DNA from: Candidatus Bruticola sp.
Lineage (GTDB): Bacteria > Vulcanimicrobiota > Xenobia > Xenobiales > Xenobiaceae
Assembly: GCA_051874735.1 (NCBI GenBank)
Contig: JBJEGD010000016.1
Span: 73,250 to 137,249, forward strand
Length of the DNA: 64,000 bases
Direction: 5' to 3'
How positions within the stretch are numbered: position 1 is the stretch's first letter; each line of letters opens with the position of its first letter. This document shows positions 1-8,944 of the stretch, one piece after another. Below the pieces are notes generated by a model, which worked only from the letters and a program-made list of their open reading frames with translations, was not told the DNA's origin and did not search any database. The translations under genes and the position numbers were made by a program.

Positions 1-932
1 TTAAATATCTTAATATCTTCAGGCAGCAAAGCGGTGCTGAAAGGATCGTTTATGGCTGTAAGCATGCCGTTCAGAGCACTGTAAAGCAGGTAAGTGTCGG
101 TTAACACTACTGGCTTGCCGTCGGCATCTTTAATAATTTCGGAATCATTATTATCTAGGCAAATTTGGTCAGAAGTAACTAAATCGAGGTTGGAAGTTGA
201 AGATTCGTCCTGTTCAATTGAATCAGAATTGGTTTTATCTTTTGCCTCTGTAATCTCTTGAGGGCTCTTTAATGACTCCGATTTACCGCGCTCAGACTTT
301 GATTGGGAATTTTTGGCCTCTAACTCAGCGATTCTGGCTTTAATAGCTTTTTCTAGTTGACTGCGTTTAATTAAGCGTTGATTTTGCGGAAGAACCTCAA
401 CTTTTTTGAGCAATTCAGCAAATCGGCTGGAAAGTAAGTCGATAAGCTGTTTGTTATCTAGTTCTTTGACTTCCTTTTCAGTGAGCAGTTTCAGGCCCAT
501 ATCACGATGACCGAATTTGTCCAGGCTGTAATTTATGCCTTCTATGGCTCCGTTAATGAGCTCTTCCACAGATACTTCACGTATATACTTCTTACGTATT
601 ATCTCTAGAGTGCGTTCCAGCAGCGTCAGATCGCATTTTTGTTCAGAAGTTTTGTTTTGAAGGCTTAAATCTATCTTGGCTGCTTGCAGGGCGGAAGATG
701 AACTCTGAGTAGTGGATCTATTGTCTGAGCTGAAGAACAGTATTGCAGGTACTACTATCAGGACAATAGCCATGCTAAAAACGTAATTTAGCAAGTTCGT
801 TTTGGCTTGTGTGGGCGATTTTGTTTCTGGAGAAGTACTTACCTGAGCCTCAGGAGTCGCAACAGACTCACTTTCTTTAACTTCAAGCTCTGAAAGCTCT
901 TTATTTAAATTTGTGACAGCTTGTTTAGTCAT
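1..932 (-). CDS. ctpA: S41/CtpA carboxyl-terminal protease paralogue 3 (N-terminal part; runs off window)
   Basis: Hand-translated from ATG at 932 with a CAGGAG RBS: MTKQAVTN..., a TM segment (YVFSMAIVLIVVPAILFF), LLERTLEIIRKKYIREVSVEELINGAIEG and LYSALNGMLTAINDPFSTALLPED, typical of the CtpA N-domain. The frame is open to the window edge; catalytic motifs lie outside the window. Confidence 0.8.
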   Translation of the reverse strand, partial: MTKQAVTNLNKELSELEVKESESVATPEAQVSTSPETKSPTQAKTNLLNYVFSMAIVLIVVPAILFFSSDNRSTTQSSSSALQAAKIDLSLQNKTSEQKCDLTLLERTLEIIRKKYIREVSVEELINGAIEGINYSLDKFGHRDMGLKLLTEKEVKELDNKQLIDLLSSRFAELLKKVEVLPQNQRLIKRSQLEKAIKARIAELEAKNSQSKSERGKSESLKSPQEITEAKDKTNSDSIEQDESSTSNLDLVTSDQICLDNNDSEIIKDADGKPVVLTDTYLLYSALNGMLTAINDPFSTALLPEDIKIF

Positions 933-974
933 AACTCCTGCTCGCGTATCTATTTGTGGCGCTGCTTGAATGTT

Positions 975-1019
975 TGAAGCTGGAGCTTTAGCTGCAAATA
1001 AGCAACAGCTCCAGCTTCA
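975..1019. terminator. 13-bp perfect inverted repeat between ctpA paralogues (terminator or mRNA-stabilising hairpin)
   Basis: TGAAGCTGGAGCT (975-987) / AGCTCCAGCTTCA (1007-1019); no clear U-tract. Confidence 0.45.
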
Positions 1020-1046
1020 GTTGTAATTATAATCTACGTAGATGTG

Positions 1047-2816
1047 CTAATGGTCGAATTTGGGAATAATAGCGAATTTAAGGGTATGTTCTTGACCGTC
1101 GGCAGCTTTAACAACCACACAATCGACGACCTTGTCACCCTCTACATTTACAGTTCGTTTAACAATATTGTAGGTGCCAGACTCATCGGAGTATTTCTCC
1201 AAGTAAGGAACTTCATCGAATATGCTGTTAATTAAAATGGTGCGATCTGACAAGGAGTTAAGAGACTCATCGGCAGTTTGGTTATCAGAAGGTAAAATAT
1301 CAGCTTTGACAGTTTCTAGAGCCTTCTGCAGTTGAACATCTTTTTCGCGCTCCAGAATAAGCTCATCTTCCATTTTAACTTCGATATCAGGATTTAAGCC
1401 TGCTTTGTGAATATCGTGCCCGGCTGGAGTATGGTAGTGAGCGGTTGTAATTTTAAAGGCAGATGTTTTATTCTCATGGAATTGGTAAGGATAAAGTTTT
1501 TGCACGCTCCCTTTACCGAAAGATTTCACACCTATGAGCTTACCGCGATGCAGATCGCGAATAGCACCGGCAGTAATTTCAGAAGCACTGGCTGAGTTGC
1601 CGTTAATAAGAACAGCCAAAGGTTTTTTAGAAGAATGAAGATTGGGACGAGAATAGATAATCTGCTCTTTATTGGCACCGTCTACAATAGAAACGATGCG
1701 GCTGCCAGTTTTGACAAACTTAGAACAGATATCTACTGCAGCTGATACGTATCCTCCGGAGTTGTTGCGCACATCAATAATGTAAGCTTGGCAGCCCTGT
1801 TGATCGAGGGCGCGGAGCGCCGCTTCCATTTCGTTATTGGTCGTTTCTCCAAAGATGCCCAGAGCCAGATAGCCTATTTTACATCCATCATGCTCAATAA
1901 TTTCGGATTTTAAGCTATCAACGTGAATGACCTCTCTAGTGAGGGAAACATCGAAAACATGGCCAGAACTGGGACGGCGTATGGTCAGTTTCACACTAGT
2001 GCCTGCTTCACCGCGTAACAGTTTGGAGCACTGCATAAGATCCATTCCATAAGTAGTTCGGCCGCTAATATGTGTAATCTCATCGTTACTGCGCAAACCG
2101 ACTCGAGCGGCCGGACCTTTTTCCATAACCTTATTTATAACCAAAACTCGGCTGTTCTTAGGATCTTGTTCAGTACCGCTTAATCCCATGACAATACCGA
2201 TGCCGCCGAAATTCCCTCCGCTCATCTGCTCATTAAGATTTTTATACTCATCGGGGGTAAGGTAGACTGTATAAGGATCGTCGGTTGCTCTCATTATACC
2301 TTTAAGGGCAGCCATAGTGAGCATTTGATCTTTCATGAGCTGCGGATAGCGAGCAGCTGCTTTTAAAAACTGAGAGCGCAGCGACTTGTTAGCTTCTTCC
2401 GGGGAAGCGTCGACGTCGATTTGCTTGAGAAAGTCTGATTTTAGTTTTTTGTCTTCAATAAGTAAGGTCATGCCGTCGAGGGCACAGTTGGTAATTTTTC
2501 CTGGTTTGGCCTTCTCTCTAGCTTCAGATTTTACTAAAACTAGAGCTTTATCAATCATTTCTAAAGCGCTGTCCAGATCTTTTTGCGAAATTTTGTTTAC
2601 AGGAGCCTGCGCAGCATTTTTATTCGTTTTGACACTCGTTTTATTGCTTTTTGAGGCTTTTTGAGCCAAATTTTTGGCATAAACGGTGTGCTTAGAAGCT
2701 GATTGAGATGCAGATGGAGCCTGCTCAGTATATGGATGAGCGCTTAAAGGCAGCGAAATAAGCATCGTCAAAACTGCAGCTGCAGCTGTCGGGACAAAAG
2801 TTTGCTTTAAATTCAT
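1047..2816 (-). CDS. ctpA: S41/CtpA carboxyl-terminal processing protease with PDZ domain
   Basis: DPYTVY, GIG-PDZ, DVRNNSGG, catalytic SASASE and FGKGSVQ; signal peptide. ATG 2816 with a CAGGAG RBS is preferred to the track start at 2894. Confidence 0.93.
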   Translation of the reverse strand: MNLKQTFVPTAAAAVLTMLISLPLSAHPYTEQAPSASQSASKHTVYAKNLAQKASKSNKTSVKTNKNAAQAPVNKISQKDLDSALEMIDKALVLVKSEAREKAKPGKITNCALDGMTLLIEDKKLKSDFLKQIDVDASPEEANKSLRSQFLKAAARYPQLMKDQMLTMAALKGIMRATDDPYTVYLTPDEYKNLNEQMSGGNFGGIGIVMGLSGTEQDPKNSRVLVINKVMEKGPAARVGLRSNDEITHISGRTTYGMDLMQCSKLLRGEAGTSVKLTIRRPSSGHVFDVSLTREVIHVDSLKSEIIEHDGCKIGYLALGIFGETTNNEMEAALRALDQQGCQAYIIDVRNNSGGYVSAAVDICSKFVKTGSRIVSIVDGANKEQIIYSRPNLHSSKKPLAVLINGNSASASEITAGAIRDLHRGKLIGVKSFGKGSVQKLYPYQFHENKTSAFKITTAHYHTPAGHDIHKAGLNPDIEVKMEDELILEREKDVQLQKALETVKADILPSDNQTADESLNSLSDRTILINSIFDEVPYLEKYSDESGTYNIVKRTVNVEGDKVVDCVVVKAADGQEHTLKFAIIPKFDH

Positions 2817-3040
2817 AATGAATTCTCCTGAAATCAGAACAGCTCGGCAGGCTTTCAGTAATTTGAAGAACTGCCTTTTTCCAGAAATAGACACCGTTGC
2901 AGTGTACAGTAGCGTATCATACTCTGCTCGTTAATGTGTCTCATCTGTAGCTATCGGTTAGTTTATATATACCACGATCATAAAAGGGATATTTTGCTGC
3001 ATTCGTGATAAAACACCTAAGTTCAAGTAATTTTATTTTT

Positions 3041-4732
3041 TTAAAAATTGCCCTGCTTAGAGATCTCTTTTTTTAGCAGCTCAGCTGCTTTCCGCAGCTG
3101 CGGGTCTTGGAGAGGGGTTAAACGAACGCTGAAAGGAGCTGAAATGGCAAAATCTGGCTTCAGACCTGTTTTACCCAGATCGAGATTGTCTGGGGTGCGA
3201 TAATGGGTATAAGTTACTTTGCAGGCGGAAGTTTCACCTGGAGGAAACTCAAAATTATAAATTTTTTGCGAACTATTTTTGCCGAAACTCGTTTCCCCTA
3301 CTAGAAAAGCTGCTTTATGGGCCCGCAAGGCTCCGGCCGTTATTTCTGCTGCCGAAGCTGTGCGACTGTCGATGAGCACGGCCATTGGCTTGGGAAAGTG
3401 GGTATTGCGGTAAGTGTAAATATTTTTTTCACTGTGTCCATTTCTGTCAACTAAAGAAGCTACTAAGCTGTGTTCTGGTAAAAATTTTGAGCAAAGATCG
3501 CGGGCTGCATTAGTATAGCCGCCAGGATTGCCGCGCAAATCTAAAATATAGCCGTGGCAGTTAGCTTTTTCTAAAGCTCTAAGAGAGCGTTCCGCCTCAA
3601 TATTCGTTGAGGTGCCAAAAGTATCAATCCGAAGCAAACCTAATTTTAAAGTATCGAGCCTATGCTCTTTAGCAATATCAGTTTTTGCAACTGCAGTCGC
3701 GGCAGTTGGCGCTTCTATAGTATTATTTTCTTCGTCTCCAGAATCAGAAGATGGGGAGGTGGTGGGTAAATCGTATACTGATAGTTTTCCTCGCTTATCT
3801 AGTTCAACTATTTGAGCCCAAGCTGATGGATAATGGACTTCGCTGCGGTTCACCAGAATTTTTCTTTTATCGCTGCGCCCCATTTGGCGCATCAAATTGG
3901 TAATGTAAGTCAATTCAACTTGACTATTATTGGGACCACGCATTAGTTTTATACATTGGCTGGGGGTTAAAGATGACAGTGATTGGCCATCTACGGCTGT
4001 CAATTCGTCGCCGCGGTGCAGTCCCGTTTTAGCTGCAGGAGACTGGGGAGCTAGATCGGCCACTACAAAATGAGAATGACCTTCAGCATCGCGGCTAGGA
4101 GTAAGTACGACCCCTAAGCTTCCTGAGTAATCTCCGCTTAAATAGTCTTCCATGTCACTGTACTGATCGAGGCTAATAAATACAGTGTAAATATCTTCAG
4201 CAGAATCTGTTATAGCTTGGGCTAGACAGATAGTAAATTCCGGATCTTTAGCTAAATGGGGATAAATTTTTATGGCTCGGCGGTACAGAGAGGTAATTTT
4301 CTGCATAACCTGCAGACGATCTAGCTCGGTTTTTTTATTCTCTGCGGTATTAGTAGAAGCTGATTTTACTACTTTCTGTTCTGAAGTAGTTTGCTCTTCG
4401 CCAAATTCTTTAAGGTCAGCTTCGTTCAAATGGTGCTCTTGGAAAAATTTAACCGCCCCATCACGCACAAATTGCCAAACTTTACTTGGCGCAGGAGGCT
4501 CGGCAGCGTTGTCAAGTAATATATTAAAAGTTTCTACCAGTACGCTGCAGCTGACTTCTTCCAAATTATTCAGTTTTTGCTCTGAACTGTCTGATAAAGA
4601 TGGTGATGAAGTTGTACAGGAATTTTCTGAGGTCGAATCACCGCCGGAAGTGGCTGCCTCCAGATGAAGCGAGCCTATCAAGGCCAAAGTCAGGAAAAAA
4701 GAGGCGGCGGCTTTAAAAACAAGTTTATGCAT
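3041..4732 (-). CDS. ctpA: S41/CtpA carboxyl-terminal processing protease with PDZ domain
   Basis: Signal peptide, DIYTVF, PDZ, DLRGNPGG, TASAAE, FGKNSSQ. Confidence 0.92.
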   Translation of the reverse strand: MHKLVFKAAASFFLTLALIGSLHLEAATSGGDSTSENSCTTSSPSLSDSSEQKLNNLEEVSCSVLVETFNILLDNAAEPPAPSKVWQFVRDGAVKFFQEHHLNEADLKEFGEEQTTSEQKVVKSASTNTAENKKTELDRLQVMQKITSLYRRAIKIYPHLAKDPEFTICLAQAITDSAEDIYTVFISLDQYSDMEDYLSGDYSGSLGVVLTPSRDAEGHSHFVVADLAPQSPAAKTGLHRGDELTAVDGQSLSSLTPSQCIKLMRGPNNSQVELTYITNLMRQMGRSDKRKILVNRSEVHYPSAWAQIVELDKRGKLSVYDLPTTSPSSDSGDEENNTIEAPTAATAVAKTDIAKEHRLDTLKLGLLRIDTFGTSTNIEAERSLRALEKANCHGYILDLRGNPGGYTNAARDLCSKFLPEHSLVASLVDRNGHSEKNIYTYRNTHFPKPMAVLIDSRTASAAEITAGALRAHKAAFLVGETSFGKNSSQKIYNFEFPPGETSACKVTYTHYRTPDNLDLGKTGLKPDFAISAPFSVRLTPLQDPQLRKAAELLKKEISKQGNF

Positions 4733-4770
4733 ATAAAAACTTCCTTTCCGGCTGGGAAATGGGCGTTAAT

Positions 4771-5943
4771 TTAAATAAATCCCAGAGGGTCAACAGGTTC
4801 GCCATTAATGCGCACTTCAAAATGTAGGTGCGGTCCAGTTGAATTGCCCGTAGAGCCAACTGCCGCGATTTGCTGTCCTTTAGTTACGGACTGACCGTAA
4901 GAGACATACAGTTCGGAACAGTGAGCGTATAAAGTGCTGTAGCCGCCGCCGTGATCAACTATTATGCAATTTCCATAGCCTCCCATCCAGCCTGAATCGA
5001 TAACTACGCCGCTATCGGAAGCTAAAATAGGACTTCCATAGTAAGCTCCAATATCTATGCCTGTGTGGAAGCGCATAGTGCCGAAAATAGGATGGACTCG
5101 GTAGCCAAATGGGGAAGTAATAGGACCTTGGGCCGGATTTAGATAGCGCCCTGTGCCCCAAGTGCGGGTGCCGGCATTGGGGGCGGTGGGGCGCATAAGC
5201 ACCTGACTGCGGCGTACCGCTGATTGGATTTGATTCTCTAGAGCTTGAGTGCTGTTTTCCAATTCACTCACGTAAGAACTTAAGGAATCGCGCTGGCGGC
5301 GAGTATCGGCTAACAGGGCAGAACGCTTACTTTCAATGCTTTCAAGCTGCTTAACGCGATTCTCCTGGGCTTCTTTTAGGTCTTTAATTTGGCGTACTGT
5401 ACGTTCGGACTGAACTTTTTTGACTTCCAGCTCTCGTTTAAGACTGCGCACTTGCGATACTAACCGGCGGTCATTTTCTATAATCAGCGACAGATAGTAA
5501 GTTTGATCTATAAAATCGATGAAACTTTCAGCTCCCAAAAGCACCACCAAGTAGCCTACATCGCCTTGCAGATAGATTTCTCTGAGCCTCTTTCCTAAGA
5601 TAAGTTGAGATTTTTTGTATTCCTTAGAAGCAGAATTTAGCCGTTTAGAGATGCTTTGCAAATTTTCTTCAGCTGTTTTCAGGCTCAATTTAGCTTCTCG
5701 GTAGGCTTCGCGGCTGTATTGCAACTCAGCCTGAGCGTCGCTTAGCTGGCGCGATAAATCCCGTTCTCTGTCGTTAATAATGTCCAGACGGCGACGCTGA
5801 GTTTCTAGTTGGCTCTTTTTTTGGCGCAGTTGGGTGTTAGGATCTGCCTGTACGGGAAAAGCTGATGTGAGTAGCAAGGCCAGTATCGCAGAGAACAGAC
5901 CTATCTGAAGCAACTTAATTCTGCGGCCCATATAATTACACAT
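4771..5943 (-). CDS. envC: EnvC/CwlO-like coiled-coil protein with C-terminal M23 peptidase
   Basis: Signal peptide, long coiled coil, M23 motifs HTGID, YAH and HLH intact; lies downstream of ftsEX. Confidence 0.9.
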   Translation of the reverse strand: MCNYMGRRIKLLQIGLFSAILALLLTSAFPVQADPNTQLRQKKSQLETQRRRLDIINDRERDLSRQLSDAQAELQYSREAYREAKLSLKTAEENLQSISKRLNSASKEYKKSQLILGKRLREIYLQGDVGYLVVLLGAESFIDFIDQTYYLSLIIENDRRLVSQVRSLKRELEVKKVQSERTVRQIKDLKEAQENRVKQLESIESKRSALLADTRRQRDSLSSYVSELENSTQALENQIQSAVRRSQVLMRPTAPNAGTRTWGTGRYLNPAQGPITSPFGYRVHPIFGTMRFHTGIDIGAYYGSPILASDSGVVIDSGWMGGYGNCIIVDHGGGYSTLYAHCSELYVSYGQSVTKGQQIAAVGSTGNSTGPHLHFEVRINGEPVDPLGFI

Positions 5944-5952
5944 CTCCTTAAA

Positions 5953-7278
5953 TTACGCTTTTAAGTAGCGGTTTACGGAAATAAAACTTCCCAAGGCGCC
6001 AACTAAGCAGCCCATAGTAATTAGGCCAATATTTAGGTAGGGCATGATTGAGCCGGGAGCCAAGATAGGCAGGAAAGATATACTTTTCTGCAGTTGTGGT
6101 ACTACTATGCGGTAAGAAGCATCGATTAGAACTGAGGCTGTAGCTGCTCCGAGTACTCCGTGGGTCATACCTTCAAGTATAAAAGGCCAGCGGATGAACC
6201 AATCTGCAGCTCCAACCAACTGCATAATATCAATCTCTTTGCGCCTGGCAAAGACTGTAAGTCGAATAGTGTTGCTGATAATTAACAAGCTAGAGGCAAA
6301 AAGCATAAACAGAATAATGATACCGACCAGCCTAATAATATGGTTAAGCTTCATCAGCTTTTGGGCCTCTTCACGTCCATAATCAACGGTAGCTACATTA
6401 TCTATTTGAGACAGTTTGTGAGCTACCGGTTCCAAAAATGAGGGATCGTCGACGGGGATTTCGAAAGCATCAGGCAGAGGATTGCTGTCAAGGTCATTTA
6501 AATCGAGTTTAGCATTGAGGCGCTTGCGTAGCTTTTTAAACGCTTCATCTTTAGATACGAAACTAACTTTTACTACATGGCCGATATCATAAGCAGCAGC
6601 TTTAAAGCTATTGATCTGGCTTTGATCAAAATCCTGGCTCATGTAGACTTTTATTTGCATTTCGCCAGCTAGCTCATCGGCTAATGATTCTAAATTGGCG
6701 ATAATAATAATGAAGAAGCCCAAAATAAGCGCCAAAATCATCACTGTGGAAACGGAGGCTACGCTCATCATTGGATTATGGCGCATATTGGTTAGTACTT
6801 CACGAAGGAAACACTCAATATAATATCCTCCTGAAGGACCTCGCCTCTTTTGGGCAGGAGGATCTGCTTCATCGAGCACTTCGTCGACGGTAGTAACCTT
6901 AGATTTTCGCCGGGAAGTAACCCTCTCTATAATGGGAATATCCCTGACGATAATCTCTTCTTCATCGTCCTGGCTAGCTAATATATCCTTGTCAGTTTCT
7001 TCAGTCGCATTTTCAATTAATAACTTTTGAGAAGACGCCCGGGAAACAGAATCAGTTGGGCTGGTTTTTTTTTCTAATTCTTCCTTTTTAAGGGAGTTTT
7101 TAGAAGTGTCGCCCAATTTACTTCCTAGTTTTTTGTCGGTATTTTTTCCTTTGGGGCTGCTTTCTTCTGGGCTGAGGCCATCAGAAGTTTTGTTTATTTG
7201 GCTGCCGCTGGGATCGAGTTTAACTTGCTTTACTTTGGGAGAAATATCAATAAATCCAGATTTAGGTGGAGTCTTCAT
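5953..7278 (-). CDS. ftsX: Cell-division permease FtsX with ~150-aa N-terminal extension
   Basis: NPLP, ISNTIRL, RRKEIDIMQLVGA...FIRWPF; start overlaps the ftsE stop (ATGA). Confidence 0.93.
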   Translation of the reverse strand: MKTPPKSGFIDISPKVKQVKLDPSGSQINKTSDGLSPEESSPKGKNTDKKLGSKLGDTSKNSLKKEELEKKTSPTDSVSRASSQKLLIENATEETDKDILASQDDEEEIIVRDIPIIERVTSRRKSKVTTVDEVLDEADPPAQKRRGPSGGYYIECFLREVLTNMRHNPMMSVASVSTVMILALILGFFIIIIANLESLADELAGEMQIKVYMSQDFDQSQINSFKAAAYDIGHVVKVSFVSKDEAFKKLRKRLNAKLDLNDLDSNPLPDAFEIPVDDPSFLEPVAHKLSQIDNVATVDYGREEAQKLMKLNHIIRLVGIIILFMLFASSLLIISNTIRLTVFARRKEIDIMQLVGAADWFIRWPFILEGMTHGVLGAATASVLIDASYRIVVPQLQKSISFLPILAPGSIMPYLNIGLITMGCLVGALGSFISVNRYLKA

Positions 7279-8024
7279 AAGCCAAATCCTCCGGTAGTTA
7301 TGCTCTCTTTATTGATTTCCGTGGTAAAGTACATGCCTCGGGATAAATCTTGAGCTACTTCTCCATGCTGCATAACCACAACGCGTTTCTGCATGACATC
7401 TACCATCTGCTGATTATGGGTAGCCACAATAACGGTAGTGCCGCGGGCGTTTACTTTTGACAAAATTTGCATAATGTCCCAAGAAGAATCTGGATCGAGG
7501 TTTCCGGTAGGTTCGTCAGCCAGGAGAATTAAGGGATCGTTAATTAAAGCTCTAGCTATAGCTACGCGCTGTTGCTCGCCTCCTGAAAGTTGACTGGGTA
7601 AACGATCCGCTTTCTCCCGCAAATTTACTAAAGTAAGAGCTTTGGTAACTTTGCGCGGTATAACGTAGCGGCTGGCTCCAGTAACTTGCATAGCATAGGC
7701 CACATTTTCAAAGACAGTTTTATGTCCTAGCAAGCGAAAATCTTGGAAAATTACCCCTATGCGTCGACGAAGATAGGGGATTTGCGAGCGTTTCATATCG
7801 CTTATTTCCGTTCCGTCTACATAAACTAGTCCCATCGTGGGATCATTCTCACGGTAGATTAGTTTCATTAAGCTAGATTTACCGGAACCTGTTTGGCCGA
7901 CTAAAAATACGAATTCGCCACGCTTAATAGAGAGATCGACGCGGTTAAGGGCTCTTGTTCCATTAGGATAAATTAAGCTTATGTTGTGCAGCTCAATAAT
8001 AGGTTCTTCTGCTTTGGGGATCAT
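7275..8024 (-). CDS. ftsE: Cell-division ATP-binding protein FtsE
   Basis: [43 protein letters not shown]; ATG 8024 is the likely start. Confidence 0.95.
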   Translation of the reverse strand: MIPKAEEPIIELHNISLIYPNGTRALNRVDLSIKRGEFVFLVGQTGSGKSSLMKLIYRENDPTMGLVYVDGTEISDMKRSQIPYLRRRIGVIFQDFRLLGHKTVFENVAYAMQVTGASRYVIPRKVTKALTLVNLREKADRLPSQLSGGEQQRVAIARALINDPLILLADEPTGNLDPDSSWDIMQILSKVNARGTTVIVATHNQQMVDVMQKRVVVMQHGEVAQDLSRGMYFTTEINKESITTGGFGL

Positions 8025-8117
8025 GTAATACACAAGCCTTTTTAAAGTATTTGAAGCAGCCATCTGAATGCAATTCGCCAAGGAAGCTTCGTGTGACTGC
8101 TAAGCTGATTGAAACGG

Positions 8118-8771
8118 TCAAGCGGCGCTTGATGACTTCGCCTGCTCTGCCTTGTGTTCTTTCCAAGCATGGATAGCTACAGGGAGAACTGACAGTATAA
8201 TAATACCTACTAGAGCTTTTTCCAAATGCTGTTGAACGAAGGGGATTTGTCCGAAAAAATACCCCACGCAGGTCATACTAATTACCCAAGCTATGCCGCC
8301 TATACAATTAAAAGAGATGAAGCGGGGATAATGCATATCTGCTACACCGGCTACGGTGGGGGCAAAAGTGCGGATAAAAGGCATAAAACGGGCCAAAATA
8401 ATCGTAATGCCGCCGTATTTTTCATAGAAAGCTTTAGTTTTTAAGAGATGATCTTTACGGAACCAGCGGCTTTGCTCCCGCTCATAAAGAGCCTGACCGG
8501 CTTTTTTGCCGATCATATAGCCCACTGAATCGCCGAGAATAGCAGCCAAACAAAGCCAGAAAATTACATGCCAAATATTTAGTAATTCAGGTTTCGTAGC
8601 GCAGACAAAACCGCTGACAACTAAAAGGGAGTCTCCGGGCAGAAAGAATCCCACTAAAAGTCCGGTTTCAGAGAAAATAATAATAAACAGGATAGTTAAT
8701 CCGCCCCAAGCGATTATTTCCTGTATTCCTTCTATAGATAAATAATGGAGCAGATTTTGTATAAATTCCAT
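8118..8771 (-). CDS. dedA: DedA/VTT family membrane protein
   Basis: FSETG, FFLPGDSLL, ARFMPFIRT. Confidence 0.92.
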   Translation of the reverse strand: MEFIQNLLHYLSIEGIQEIIAWGGLTILFIIIFSETGLLVGFFLPGDSLLVVSGFVCATKPELLNIWHVIFWLCLAAILGDSVGYMIGKKAGQALYEREQSRWFRKDHLLKTKAFYEKYGGITIILARFMPFIRTFAPTVAGVADMHYPRFISFNCIGGIAWVISMTCVGYFFGQIPFVQQHLEKALVGIIILSVLPVAIHAWKEHKAEQAKSSSAA

Positions 8772-8944
8772 TAGTATGTGCTTTCCTATCTTTTTATCGG
8801 ATAAATGGACGGCTCAGACAAAGCTTTATCTGCCGTCATTTAAAACCGGGGCCTCAGGTTCTGCAAAATATTTATTTTGCCTTGCCGTTGACAGGCTATT
8901 ACTTAAATTTCAGTCAGTAGACAGCTGAATTACCAGCTCTTCTT

